Of a stretch of DNA of 64,000 nucleotides, positions 21,758 through 31,521 are shown one piece after another (the stretch's first letter is position 1; each line of letters opens with the position of its first letter). Origin of the DNA: Planctomycetia bacterium. GTDB lineage: Bacteria; Planctomycetota; Planctomycetia; Pirellulales; PALSA-1355. A program made the position numbers and the translations under genes. The DNA is taken from assembly GCA_016200205.1 (NCBI GenBank), contig JACQFF010000070.1, forward strand, positions 10,692 through 74,691, written 5' to 3'. The notes under the pieces were generated by a model. The model was given only the letters and a program-made list of their open reading frames with translations. It did no database searches and was not told where the DNA came from.

Positions 21758-23104
21758 TCATTCGGGCCGTACGTAAATCGGATTGGACAATATCCAAGGG
21801 CGGGCTTCGCCGGCCAGCGTCAGCCAAACCTCGACGCGATAATTGCCCGGTTTGTCCAGCGGCGCGTCGATCGCATTTCCCGACTGCTCCGAGATGACCT
21901 CTCCATTTCGGATCAGCTTGAAGGCACCCTCCAGCGGCGCTTCGGCCCGCAGCCGCAGTTTTGCCGCGCCGGGCACCTCGCTGCCCATCGACCAAGTGTC
22001 GCCCGAGCGATCGGCGCGGAGCACGAAACCGGTGGGATCGGCCATCCAGTCGAAAGCCACGTAAGCGCGTCCCGCCTGCAGCGCTTCCCACACGTCCTCG
22101 GTCGTCAGCTCTCGCATCAGCAGGTGAGTGCTGACGTGGTGGAAACTGCGCTCGTAAGGATCCAAATCGAGGTCGAGCACCAGGTCGCCGGGCTTTTTGC
22201 CCGCGACAATCGCTTTGAGCGGCAATAACTTATCAGGGTCCAACTGCGCCAGTTTTTTGCCCAGCCCATCTTCAAGCTGTACTTTGTTCTCGTCGGTCAG
22301 CCGGGCGCGAAAGGCCTGGTTGTGATGGGCATCGTTGGCCGAGACTCCGGTGTGGCGTGCTTTCTGGCACAGTTGATCCCAGCGCTTGAGGTAGTCGGCC
22401 GGATAATCCTGCAGCGTGGCGAACATTTCTTGCGGATATTGCGTTACGGCCGGCAGCAGGCTGAACAGGGTCAGCGGCGAGCGCAGCGCCGCCAGAAATC
22501 TCGGCTCGTCCTTAAAGTCGGCGTGCGTGTTGTAGATTTCGCTGCCGGTCAGCCCGGCGATTTCCCAATCCATCCGCTCTTCGAGGTGGCACAAAAAGGT
22601 CATGCCCCCGGTGCCGCGCACAAGATCCGCAAACTGTTGGGCCCCGGAACTCTTCTGCTGTTGGATGCTCGTTTTGGGATACGCCAAAAAGCCCTCGGTC
22701 TCCGCGCCAGGAATCAGCAGGACGCCGTCCTTGAGGCCCTGGTGTCCATCGATCACGTAATCGTAATGACTGGCCGGATGCTCGGTGAACATGATCACGC
22801 GCACGCCGACCTTTTTGGCGGCGGCGATGATTTCGTCGATCGTGCCCCGGCTGTCGTGTGAAAACGCGGAATGCACGTGCAACAAGGCCCGCACGTCGTC
22901 ATAGCCGCTCGGGAGTGTCACTTTCCGCAATTCTTTTTTCAGCGACTCGACCCGCTCGTGCGTGGCGCGGAGTTTTTCCATTCCCATCCGTTCGACGGCA
23001 TCGGCCCAGACGCTCTGGGAAAGCGTGCCGGCCAGGACGATTGCTGTCAGGAAGCGAACAACGGCCATCTCAAAGCTTCTCCGGAAAAAAACGGGTCGCC
23101 GCAT
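21758..23104 (-). CDS. secreted PHP-domain (polymerase/histidinol-phosphatase-like) metal-dependent phosphoesterase
   Basis: ORF 21758..23194. Signal-like MAVVRFLTAIVLAGTLSQSVWA, then LLHVHSAFSHDSRGT..VIMFTEH.. (PHP HxH / E..H motifs). The start could be M31 or M43 of the ORF. Confidence 0.7.
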   Translation of the reverse strand: MRRPVFFRRSFEMAVVRFLTAIVLAGTLSQSVWADAVERMGMEKLRATHERVESLKKELRKVTLPSGYDDVRALLHVHSAFSHDSRGTIDEIIAAAKKVGVRVIMFTEHPASHYDYVIDGHQGLKDGVLLIPGAETEGFLAYPKTSIQQQKSSGAQQFADLVRGTGGMTFLCHLEERMDWEIAGLTGSEIYNTHADFKDEPRFLAALRSPLTLFSLLPAVTQYPQEMFATLQDYPADYLKRWDQLCQKARHTGVSANDAHHNQAFRARLTDENKVQLEDGLGKKLAQLDPDKLLPLKAIVAGKKPGDLVLDLDLDPYERSFHHVSTHLLMRELTTEDVWEALQAGRAYVAFDWMADPTGFVLRADRSGDTWSMGSEVPGAAKLRLRAEAPLEGAFKLIRNGEVISEQSGNAIDAPLDKPGNYRVEVWLTLAGEARPWILSNPIYVRPE

Positions 23105-23329
23105 TGCTTCGGCCGCCCTGAGGGTCGTCGGGAGCGGGGCGCGGGGATTGCGTCCAGGGATCGCGCAGTTATCAACTATGGTAACATGGCCCAACCGGGA
23201 CTGAAACTGCTCGCTTTCGCCAAGGCGTATCCATGTTCGGTGCGTTGAGCAACCCGGCGCAACTGATATACTGCCGCATACTGCGTTTTGAGGCGAAAAT
23301 AGTACCCGACCGTCGTCGCAGAGTTACGA

Positions 23330-24295
23330 ATGCCCTTCCTGATCGGAACCGACGAAGCCGGCTACGCGCCCAATCTGGGACCGCTGGTCATCTCGGCCTC
23401 GGTCTGGTGGGTGGACGAGAGCGATGCCCAAGTCGATCTCTACAGGCGGCTCAAAACAGTTGTTTGCAAATCGCCGTCCCGGCGCTCTCGGGCGCGCCGA
23501 TTGGCCATCGCCGATTCGAAAGCCCTGTATTCGCCCGCCCACGGATTGCGAGTTTTGGAGCGGGGCGTGCTGGCGGCCTTGGGATTGATCGATCATTGCC
23601 CCGGCGACTGGCTCGAAGTCTGGCAATTGCTCGACGATGAGGCCCTGGCGCATTTATCCAGCATGCCTTGGCACGTCAATTACGATTTACGGCTACCGCT
23701 GGCGGCCGATGCCGAAGACCTGGCGAGGATGATTCCCAAACTGCGGCGTGGTTTCGAAGCCTCTGGCGTACGGCTCGTGACGCTCAAAAGCCGCGCCGTG
23801 TTCCCCGAACAGTTCAATCGGTCGACCGACGAGTTTGGCAACAAGGGGGAAGCGCTTTCGAAAATCACCCTCGCGCTCCTGGCCGACGTGCTCCAGCATT
23901 GCGCGGGCGAGCCGGTGCGGATCGTCTGCGACAAGCATGGCGGGCGTAATTTTTATGGCCGGCTGCTGCAGCAGCAATTTCCCGAAACTCTGGTGGAAGT
24001 ACATGGCGAAAGCGCGGCCGAGAGCATCTACCGTTGGGGCCCCGCTGACCAGCGTATCGAAGCGCGATTTCGGGCCGGCGGCGAGGACTTCATGCCGGCT
24101 GCGCTGGCGTCGATGGCGTCGAAGTATTTGCGCGAGCTGGCGATGCGGGCCTTCAACGATTTTTGGTGCGGCCGCGTGCCGGATCTGGCTCCCACGGCCG
24201 GATACCCACTCGACGCGCGGCGGTTCCGAGCCGCAATCCACGAAGCGCAACTTGCATTGGGAATTGCCGACCGCATCGTATGGCGCGATCGTTAG
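23330..24295 (+). CDS. RNase HII-like (RNase H-fold) protein with long C-terminal extension
   Basis: 321 aa. MPFLIGTDEAGYAPNLGPLVISA resembles the RNase HII GxDEAGRGPxxGPxV motif. IADSKAL resembles the DSK motif, and ASMASKYLRE resembles ASIxAKVxRD. Assignment rests on motif resemblance only. Confidence 0.55.
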   Translation: MPFLIGTDEAGYAPNLGPLVISASVWWVDESDAQVDLYRRLKTVVCKSPSRRSRARRLAIADSKALYSPAHGLRVLERGVLAALGLIDHCPGDWLEVWQLLDDEALAHLSSMPWHVNYDLRLPLAADAEDLARMIPKLRRGFEASGVRLVTLKSRAVFPEQFNRSTDEFGNKGEALSKITLALLADVLQHCAGEPVRIVCDKHGGRNFYGRLLQQQFPETLVEVHGESAAESIYRWGPADQRIEARFRAGGEDFMPAALASMASKYLRELAMRAFNDFWCGRVPDLAPTAGYPLDARRFRAAIHEAQLALGIADRIVWRDR

Positions 24296-24338
24296 AGGAG
24301 TTTCTCGCAATTTGGGGCTCTTTCCAAGGACCACTGGC

Positions 24339-24827
24339 ATGCGGCTTTACATCGTGCGGCACGCCTTCGCAGGCCAACACGGCGACCCGCGCTACCCGGA
24401 CGACGCTCTGCGTCCGCTCACGAAAAAAGGCCGCAAGCGATTTCGCCGCGTTGTAGAAACGCTCGGCGAGCGAGGCTTTGCTCCGACGCTGGTCGCCACG
24501 AGTCCTTTGCTCCGCTGCCGACAGACGGCCGACTTGATTATCGAGAGCATTTTGCCGCGGCCCAAACTGGCGGAGCAGGATGCTCTGCGGCCCGGCGGCC
24601 GGCTGGACGAGCTCGTTGCGTGGTCCAACGCGCAGGGGGGCGAGGAGACCGCATGGGTCGGTCACGCGCCCGACGTTGATCGGCTGTTGGCGGCTCTCGT
24701 CGGCGGCCGCGACGGGGCGCTGGTGTTCGCCAAGGGAGCGGTCGCGGCCATCGACTTCGAGGAAGAAATCGTGATCGGCCAGGGCGAAATGCGTTGGTTC
24801 GTGACTCCCAAAATGCTCGGTTGCTGA
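24339..24827 (+). CDS. sixA: phosphohistidine phosphatase SixA-like (histidine phosphatase superfamily)
   Basis: Internal ATG of ORF 23835..24827. MRLYIVRHAFA..RPLTKKGR.. carries the RHG-type catalytic motif, and ..VATSPLLRCRQTA..WVGHAPD follows. About 162 aa, typical of SixA. Confidence 0.8.
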   Translation: MRLYIVRHAFAGQHGDPRYPDDALRPLTKKGRKRFRRVVETLGERGFAPTLVATSPLLRCRQTADLIIESILPRPKLAEQDALRPGGRLDELVAWSNAQGGEETAWVGHAPDVDRLLAALVGGRDGALVFAKGAVAAIDFEEEIVIGQGEMRWFVTPKMLGC

Positions 24828-24849
24828 AAGGACAAGAGGCCTGCCGACC

Positions 24850-25062
24850 ATGCAAGCCGCGTACTTCATTCTGGCCGCGTTCCACGTCGTGGCCGTAGTC
24901 GTGACGGGCATTTTGTGGACCGTCGTCGATCTCACGCACAAATCGAGCCTGCGGTCCAACATTCGCGACATTCGGGCGGTGCACTTCGGCTCGATTTACC
25001 TGGTGGCATGGTTGCTGGGCCTGGCCATGTGGGCCCCGGCGCGGCCCTTGAAGCAAGAATGA
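24850..25062 (+). CDS. small hypothetical membrane protein (2 TM)
   Basis: 70-aa ORF between sixA and the aquaporin gene with two hydrophobic helices. I recognise no family. Confidence 0.35.
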   Translation: MQAAYFILAAFHVVAVVVTGILWTVVDLTHKSSLRSNIRDIRAVHFGSIYLVAWLLGLAMWAPARPLKQE

Positions 25063-25141
25063 TTATTGATATACTTCGTGCCAGCCTCGCGTAATTGAGT
25101 GCGCTTTTGATCTTCCCACCATTCCCGGCGGCCGAGCGGCT

Positions 25142-25864
25142 ATGAAAGCGGCATTGGCGGAATTAATTGGCACCTTCACGTTGGTCTTTATCGGAGCGGG
25201 AACCGGCGCCCTGGCCGGAGCCGCTCCAGGCGGATCGGGCGCCGGCATTGTGGGCGTGGCTTTCGCCCACGGCTTGGCGCTGATGGTGATTGTTTACAGC
25301 TGGGGAAGTATTTCCGGCGCGCACGTCAATCCGGCGGTAACCTTTGGGGTTGCCTCGGCCGGACGGATGACTTGGGATAAGGCAATCGCTTACTGGATCG
25401 CCCAGTTCGCCGGCGCGGTGGTCGCCGCTTACTTGTTGCTCTGGCTTGTCGGGGCCGAAAGCGGCTTGGGAGCCACGACCGGAAGCTTGACACCGCTGCC
25501 CGGCGCGCCAGGCGATCCGCTTAAAGTCATCGTCTTGGAAGGTGTTTTGACTTTCTTCTTGGTGATCGCTGTTATCGTCTCGGGCGTGCACGGCCGCAAC
25601 GGCAACATGGCCGGCGTGGCCATTGGGCTGGTGCTGACGATGGATATTTTGGCGGGCGGCTCTTTGACGGGAGCCAGCATGAACCCAGCCCGCACCTTCG
25701 GCCCGGCCTTGGCCCTGGGCGATCTGTCGTATGTTTGGATGTACCTGGTGGGTCCGCTTGCCGGCGGAGCCATTGCAGGTTTGTTGCATGAAAAATACTT
25801 TTTGCCCGCCGACCAAAAGCCCCCCGTGGAGGCGGCTGATTCGCACGGTAAGCGCAGGAGATGA
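25142..25864 (+). CDS. MIP-family aquaporin
   Basis: 240 aa with six hydrophobic segments and both NPA boxes (SGAHVNPAVTF and GASMNPARTF). Confidence 0.9.
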   Translation: MKAALAELIGTFTLVFIGAGTGALAGAAPGGSGAGIVGVAFAHGLALMVIVYSWGSISGAHVNPAVTFGVASAGRMTWDKAIAYWIAQFAGAVVAAYLLLWLVGAESGLGATTGSLTPLPGAPGDPLKVIVLEGVLTFFLVIAVIVSGVHGRNGNMAGVAIGLVLTMDILAGGSLTGASMNPARTFGPALALGDLSYVWMYLVGPLAGGAIAGLLHEKYFLPADQKPPVEAADSHGKRRR

Positions 25865-26096
25865 TTCACCAATGACCAATCCATCCGAGCTGTGAATTAG
25901 TTGGATTCTTGGCGCTAGGGGTTTCTGGCCATTGATTTTTCGGAACGAGAGATTAGCTTGGTCGTGTTCCGCTCGGGTGGATTAGTTCGGCGTGGCCCGA
26001 ACGCTGAACGGCTACAATTTTGGAATCGAAAGTCGAGTGGGTAGAACGGCAGTGAATTCCAGCGACTCGCCCTTCGGTTCAACAAAGGAGGATGTA

Positions 26097-27500
26097 ATGA
26101 TGAAATGCACCAAACGATTTTGGCTCTTGCTGGCCACCTCCGCTGTAGTCGTATCGGGGTTGCGGCTGGTGACATTCGCCCAACAGCCGGACAAGAAGCC
26201 GTCCAGTTACACGGCTGTCGTCGAGGACAAACTAGACGACGTGATCGCCCGCATGAAGGCGGAAAAGCCGACCGTCATGAAGCGGCAGACGGACCTGCTG
26301 GCTGAGCGGTACGACTTGGGCAACCACTCCGCCAAGGGCGTCACGATGTCGAAGGGGAAAGCGGTCCAAGACGGCGTGCGGGCCAAACTGCCTTCCGACG
26401 TGACGTGGGTAAAACTAGCCGGGATGTCGCCGGATGAAATCCGTGACAAAGGCGTGTGGCCCAAGGGCTTTCTGCCCCTGTCTCATCCGAACCATCGCGA
26501 AGGCGGAATGCTGTTCCCAAAACAACAAATCGAAGAGGTAAAGAAGCAAGAAGAACGAGATTTGACTCGGTTCGATCTTGACTACGATTTCCCCGATCAT
26601 TTCTTGCCAGAATTTCCGCCCCCCATCTATCTATCGACACGCCCGGATTTGGGCGACGTGTCGCAGGGCAAACTGGTCACGCTTGCCAACTACTACGATC
26701 TGTTCGACGGCATCCTGAACCCAAAACAATTGGAAGGGCTGCGGCTACTGGTGACGCCTTTCCCGCAACAGCAGTTCAACCAAACGCAGGACCGGCGAAG
26801 CATCAAGCCCAGCCGTGGCGCGGCCTGCTTCGATTGCCACGCCAACGGCCACACCAACGCTGCGACTCATTTGGTTGGCGATATTAGACCGCAGGAGTTC
26901 CGCCATCGCATCGACACGCCTTCGCTGCGCGGCGTCAGCGTGGAACGGCTGTTCGGTTCACAGCGGGCCCTTAAGAGTGTGGAAGATTTCACCGAGTTCG
27001 AGCAGCGGGCGGCATACTTCGACGGCGATCCCCTCACTGCCACCAAGAAGGGCGTGAATATCTTGGATCGTGGTAGTCAGGTTCACTTCATGGCCGAATT
27101 TCAAGCGTTGCTGGACTTCCCGCCGGCCCCGAAACTGGACGTGTTCGGGAAGCTCGATGCCCGAAAAGCGACCGAAGCCGATCTGCATGGAGAAAAACTG
27201 TTCTTCGGGAAGGCTCGATGCGCCGAGTGTCATCCCGCCCCGTATTACACCGACAACACGATGCACAACCTGCGCGTCGAGCGATTCTTTAAGCCCCAGA
27301 TGGTCAACGGTCGCATGGCTTCGTCAGATGGCCCAATCAAGACCTTCCCGTTGCGAGGCATTAAGGACTCACCGCCTTACTTGCACGATGACCGACTGCT
27401 GACGCTGGAGGATACGGTTGAGTTTTTCAACCTGGTCCTCGGGGTGCAACTGACGAAGGACGAGAAAGCTGATTTGGTGGCATTCCTTCGCTGTCTGTGA
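26097..27500 (+). CDS. di-haem cytochrome c peroxidase family protein (CCP/MauG-like)
   Basis: ORF 25992..27500 trimmed to MMKCTKRFWLLLATSAVV (signal peptide), with AAGGAGG 6 nt upstream. Two CxxCH sites (CFDCH, CAECH) and a C-terminal PLRGIKDSPPYLHDDRLLTLEDTVEFF..LVAFLRCL typical of the family. Confidence 0.8.
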   Translation: MMKCTKRFWLLLATSAVVVSGLRLVTFAQQPDKKPSSYTAVVEDKLDDVIARMKAEKPTVMKRQTDLLAERYDLGNHSAKGVTMSKGKAVQDGVRAKLPSDVTWVKLAGMSPDEIRDKGVWPKGFLPLSHPNHREGGMLFPKQQIEEVKKQEERDLTRFDLDYDFPDHFLPEFPPPIYLSTRPDLGDVSQGKLVTLANYYDLFDGILNPKQLEGLRLLVTPFPQQQFNQTQDRRSIKPSRGAACFDCHANGHTNAATHLVGDIRPQEFRHRIDTPSLRGVSVERLFGSQRALKSVEDFTEFEQRAAYFDGDPLTATKKGVNILDRGSQVHFMAEFQALLDFPPAPKLDVFGKLDARKATEADLHGEKLFFGKARCAECHPAPYYTDNTMHNLRVERFFKPQMVNGRMASSDGPIKTFPLRGIKDSPPYLHDDRLLTLEDTVEFFNLVLGVQLTKDEKADLVAFLRCL

Positions 27501-27577
27501 CCTGTCCACGCGAGAGACGCACGGTCGAGCCCCGCAGTGCGTGGGGAAAGTTAGCTCGGCATCTGATCGAAGACACC

Positions 27578-27616
27578 ATGCCGCTGGCCGCCCTTTATCA
27601 CGGCGGCCAGCGGCAT
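27578..27616. other. perfect 15-bp stem / 9-nt loop hairpin in a 376-bp non-coding gap
   Basis: ATGCCGCTGGCCGCC-ctttatcac-GGCGGCCAGCGGCAT is read directly. It lies 78 nt after the peroxidase stop, and no T-tract follows. Confidence 0.4.
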
Positions 27617-27876
27617 GTCTCTTATAGACGCTGTAACAAAACCGCTCCGGCCCGTCCTAATTGTACGGAGTTCTCGAAGCAAAATGAGCCTGTCCCCGTC
27701 TCCGACGCGGTGTTGTTGGAGTTCCTCAAGCTCTGAACGGCATGCGCCGTCGAGCAGATCGAATCTTCCGGCGCGGTCGAGCTTGTTCAAGGGGCGGTCG
27801 GGCCATAGACTTGAAGTGAGCTGCCAAGATCTGCTTATTTCCGCAGCTTTTCACTACTGCCACCGGCCCCACTCGA

Positions 27877-28293
27877 ATGTCGCTCGACGAAGACGAACTG
27901 TATCAAGAACGGATCTTGGACCATTACGAAGAGCCGTTCCATCGCGGCCACTGTCCTGCCGCGACGCACGCGCACGAGGACGAAAATCCACTGTGCGGCG
28001 ACGTGGTGCGCGTGGAACTGGCGATCGAGTCGGACGGCACGATTCGCGATGCTTTTTTCAACGGCGACGGCTGCTGCATCAGCCAGGCGTCGGCCTCGAT
28101 GCTGATCGAACAGATCAACGGCAAGCGCGTCGACGATATCAAGAGCTTCACGGCGGAAGACATGCTCAACTTGTTCGGGGCCAAATTGACCCCGAACCGG
28201 CAAAAGTGCTGCTTGCTTTCCTGGCGCGCGTTGCAGTCGGCCGTCTATTCGCCCATCTCCGGCGATGGCAATCCAACGGCCCAAAACGGCTGA
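27877..28293 (+). CDS. sufU: SUF Fe-S cluster assembly scaffold SufU/NifU-like
   Basis: 138 aa. Motifs: YQERILDHYEEP, NPLCGD, GDGCCISQASASM, and RQKCCLLSW, giving the three conserved Cys of SufU. Immediately upstream of sufS. Confidence 0.85.
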   Translation: MSLDEDELYQERILDHYEEPFHRGHCPAATHAHEDENPLCGDVVRVELAIESDGTIRDAFFNGDGCCISQASASMLIEQINGKRVDDIKSFTAEDMLNLFGAKLTPNRQKCCLLSWRALQSAVYSPISGDGNPTAQNG

Positions 28294-28305
28294 AATGAGA
28301 ATACG

Positions 28306-29568
28306 ATGACCACCACCAGCCACGCCTTGGATGTGGAGCGAATCCGGGCCGATTTTCCGATCCTTTCCACCGTCCTGCATGCCGCGCCCAAGCGCCCCGG
28401 CGTGCAGTTGGCCTATCTCGACAATGCCGCCACCACGCAGCGCCCCCAGCAGGTGATTCAAGCGATCGTGGACACCTATGAAAAGCACTACGCCAACGTG
28501 CATCGGGGAATCCATTGGCTGAGCGACCAAAGCACCGATTTGTACGAAGATGCTCGCGGCAAAGTGCAATCGCTGATCGGCGCCCCCACGCGCGAGGAAG
28601 TGATCTTCACGCACGGTACGACCGAGAGCATCAATCTCGTGGCCCGCAGTTGGGGCGATGCCAATCTGAAACCCACAGACGAGATTCTGCTAACCGAAAT
28701 GGAGCACCACTCCAACATCGTCCCCTGGCAACAAGCGGCCGCGCGCACCGGCGCCATTGTCCGTTTTTTGCCGATCACCGACGATGGCCAGCTCGCGCTC
28801 GGTGCGCTCGACCAATTCCTGACTCCGCGCACGCGAATCGTGGCCGTGGCGGCTATTCCCAACGTGTTGGGCACGATCAACCCGCTCTCGGAAATCATTG
28901 TCCGCGCGCACCAGGCCGGAGCCTTGGTACTGGTCGACGCGGCGCAAAGCGTGCCGCACCAGCACACCGATGTCCAGGCGCTGGGCGCCGATTTCCTCGT
29001 GTTCAGCGGGCACAAAATGTTGGGGCCCTCGGGCGTGGGCGTGCTCTTCGGCCGCCGCGAACTGCTCGAGGCGATGCCCCCTTTTTTAGGTGGTGGCAGC
29101 ATGATCCGGCGCGTCACCACCGCCCTGTTCGAACCGGCCGAGCTGCCGGCAAAATTCGAAGCCGGCACGCCCCCCATCGTGTCGGCCATCGGCTTGGGAG
29201 CCGCGATCGACTACTTGCAACAGCTCGGCATGGACGCGATCCAAGCCCATGAGCGCCTGCTGTGCACGCGAGCTCATGAGGTGTTGAGTTCGGTCGGCGG
29301 CCTGAAGTTTCTTGGCCCGACACCGGAGCGAAAGTCCGGCATTGTCAGCTTCACGCTCGATCGCGTTCATGCCCACGATGTTGCCCAACTTCTCGATCGC
29401 CAGGGAATCGCCGTCCGAGCCGGGCACCACTGCGCGATGCCGCTGCACAAGCGGCTGGGGATCAACGCCAGCACGCGCGCGAGTTTTTATTTCTACAACA
29501 CGCTCGACGAAGTCGAGCGCCTTGGCACGGCGCTCGACGAGATCAAGCGGATTTTCCGCCGCAAATAG
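28306..29568 (+). CDS. sufS: cysteine desulfurase SufS (class V aminotransferase, group II)
   Basis: 420 aa. Motifs: YLDNAATTQ, PLP-lysine context FSGHKMLGPSGVGVL, and active-site RAGHHCAMPL. Confidence 0.9.
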   Translation: MTTTSHALDVERIRADFPILSTVLHAAPKRPGVQLAYLDNAATTQRPQQVIQAIVDTYEKHYANVHRGIHWLSDQSTDLYEDARGKVQSLIGAPTREEVIFTHGTTESINLVARSWGDANLKPTDEILLTEMEHHSNIVPWQQAAARTGAIVRFLPITDDGQLALGALDQFLTPRTRIVAVAAIPNVLGTINPLSEIIVRAHQAGALVLVDAAQSVPHQHTDVQALGADFLVFSGHKMLGPSGVGVLFGRRELLEAMPPFLGGGSMIRRVTTALFEPAELPAKFEAGTPPIVSAIGLGAAIDYLQQLGMDAIQAHERLLCTRAHEVLSSVGGLKFLGPTPERKSGIVSFTLDRVHAHDVAQLLDRQGIAVRAGHHCAMPLHKRLGINASTRASFYFYNTLDEVERLGTALDEIKRIFRRK

Positions 29569-29578
29569 ATGCACCAAT

Positions 29579-31084
29579 TCAGCGCCGCCAAGCGAGCCAC
29601 TTTTCGAAGAGCTTCGCCACGCGCGGCGTCAGACGCGTGCGCTCGTATTGATCGGCGATGCGCTTCAAGACTTCGACCTGTGTCGGGTAGCAGTGGATCG
29701 TTTGCGCAAGCGCGCCGAGTGAAAGACCCTGGTTGATCGTCAGCGTGAGCTCGCCGATCATTTCTCCTGCGTGCGAGGCGACGATCGTTGCGCCGACGAC
29801 TCGGCCCGAGCCCCGACGGGTGTGTATCGCCGCGAATCCCAGCGTTTCGCCATCGACTAGCGCGCGATCGATCTGGCCCAACTCCTCGCGATACGTATCG
29901 ATGGCCAGTCGGCGCTCCCGGGCCTCACTGGCGGTGAATCCCACGTGGGCAACTTCCGGGTCGGTGAACGTGCAGCGTGGAATTGCCACCCGGCTGAATT
30001 TTTTTCGGCCCATGAAAAGCCCGTTTTTCAAAACGAGCCGAGCCATGGCGTCCGCGGCGTGCGTGAATTTGTACTCGGTGGAGCAATCGCCGGCGGCGTA
30101 GATGCGGCGATTGGTGGTTTGAAGGTAGTCGTTGACCACCACGCCTCGCTCGCACACTTCAACGCCCGCCGCCGGCAAGTTGAGAGACTCCACGGCGGGC
30201 TTCCGCCCGATGGCGACCAGGATTTCGTCGGCGATCAGTTCCTGCTTGTTGCCGCCGCGCTCGATCACTAGCGCTTTCGACGCGCCCAATTGCTGCGCTT
30301 GGATGCTCTGCCAGCCCAAATGCAAGTGGATGCCTTCGTCGGCGAATCGCGCGCGGAGCACTTGGCCGACTTCGGGGTCCTCTTTGGGCAGCATGCGGTC
30401 GCGATCGTTGACCAGATGCACTTCGCTCCCCAGCCGTCGAAAGGCCTGGGCCAATTCGCAGCCGATCGGGCCCGCGCCGACGACGATCAACGAGCGCGGC
30501 AGTTGTGTGAGCGAAAAAATGGTTTCGTTCGTTTGATAGCCCAATTCCGCCAGACCCGGCACCGCCGGTTCGGCCGGACGCGATCCGGTGGCAATCACTG
30601 AGCGGCTGAAGCTGAGCGTTTGCCCGCCGACCTCCAGCGTGCGCAGCCCGGTGAATCGGGCGGTCCCCAAGTACACATCAACCCCCAGGGCCGCAAACCG
30701 CCCCGCCGAATCGCGATGGCTGATCTGGGCTCGCAAGCGGCGCATCCGCCGCATGACTTCGCCAAAGTCCCACGCGCCGCCGCACGTGCCGCGAAAGCCC
30801 AACTCGGGCGAAATCGCCATTTCACGCGCCGCCCGGGCCGAGCGGATGATCGCCTTGCTGGGCACGCAGCCGAAATTCAGGCAATCGCCTCCCAGCAGCC
30901 GCTCCTCGATCAGCGCAACCTTGCGGCCCGCACCGGCGGCCCCCGCCGCGGCGACCAGGCCCGCGGTACCCCCGCCGATCGCCACCAGGTTATAGCGCCC
31001 GGTGGGCGTCGGATTCTGCCAGTCGGCCGGATGCGCCTGCGAGAGCAGCTCCTCGTTGTACGAATCGCGCGGCGAAAGTTGCAT
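29579..31084 (-). CDS. class I FAD-dependent pyridine nucleotide-disulfide oxidoreductase (mercuric reductase/dihydrolipoamide dehydrogenase-like)
   Basis: ORF 29579..31459 trimmed to MQLSPRDS.. (ATG 31084). FAD fold NLVAIGGGTAGLVAA, redox disulfide GGDCLNFGCVPSK, NAD fold VVGAGPIGCELA, and a dimerisation domain ending in HCYPT. Confidence 0.85.
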   Translation of the reverse strand: MQLSPRDSYNEELLSQAHPADWQNPTPTGRYNLVAIGGGTAGLVAAAGAAGAGRKVALIEERLLGGDCLNFGCVPSKAIIRSARAAREMAISPELGFRGTCGGAWDFGEVMRRMRRLRAQISHRDSAGRFAALGVDVYLGTARFTGLRTLEVGGQTLSFSRSVIATGSRPAEPAVPGLAELGYQTNETIFSLTQLPRSLIVVGAGPIGCELAQAFRRLGSEVHLVNDRDRMLPKEDPEVGQVLRARFADEGIHLHLGWQSIQAQQLGASKALVIERGGNKQELIADEILVAIGRKPAVESLNLPAAGVEVCERGVVVNDYLQTTNRRIYAAGDCSTEYKFTHAADAMARLVLKNGLFMGRKKFSRVAIPRCTFTDPEVAHVGFTASEARERRLAIDTYREELGQIDRALVDGETLGFAAIHTRRGSGRVVGATIVASHAGEMIGELTLTINQGLSLGALAQTIHCYPTQVEVLKRIADQYERTRLTPRVAKLFEKWLAWRR

Positions 31085-31215
31085 CGCGAATACCTTCAGA
31101 AAATCGAGTGTTGCCGATGCAGCGAGTTCGGGTGGTGTACGTGCTGGGTAAGATAGCACGGAGCCGGCCCCCTTGGGATGGATTTCAGGCCCGCCGTCCA
31201 GATTTGCTCGAAGCC

Positions 31216-31521
31216 TTACCGCGGCAACTGACCTGGCGGGCTCTGCACGACGCGCACGTCGATGATTTCGTCGCCGTCGAAGCTCGTGCCGGCGCGGCCG
31301 TGGTTCATCGCGACCATCCGCATCCGCCCCATGTCGAGGTCGGCCGAAATCCGCCGAAAGGTTTGCCAACCTTGATAGCGCGCCAAACCGGCGCCCAATA
31401 CGCCCGTGCCGATCACCAGCCCCAACACAAACACTACCGAAGTCTCGGTGGCGATCCACACCAAGATCGCGATTTCAATCACCGGCAGCAGGGTGAACAG
31501 CAACAACAGACGCGACAGCAC
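31216..31521 (-). CDS. FxsA-like small membrane protein
   Basis: 101 aa. MLSRLLLLFTLLPVIEIAILVWIA..VLGAGLARYQG resembles the FxsA N-terminal signature. Moderate confidence only. Confidence 0.5.
   Translation of the reverse strand: MLSRLLLLFTLLPVIEIAILVWIATETSVVFVLGLVIGTGVLGAGLARYQGWQTFRRISADLDMGRMRMVAMNHGRAGTSFDGDEIIDVRVVQSPPGQLPR

Noticed and set aside
27497-27790. 79-aa ORFs on both strands after the peroxidase gene.
   Set aside because: Each is partly created by translating through the 15-bp palindrome. Neither has a recognisable fold or a start signal.
31085-31459. N-terminal 125 codons of ORF 29579..31459 (-).
   Set aside because: It is Arg-rich and non-protein-like, and it overlaps the FxsA-like ORF in another frame. 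The oxidoreductase FAD-binding fold begins right after the internal ATG 31084.
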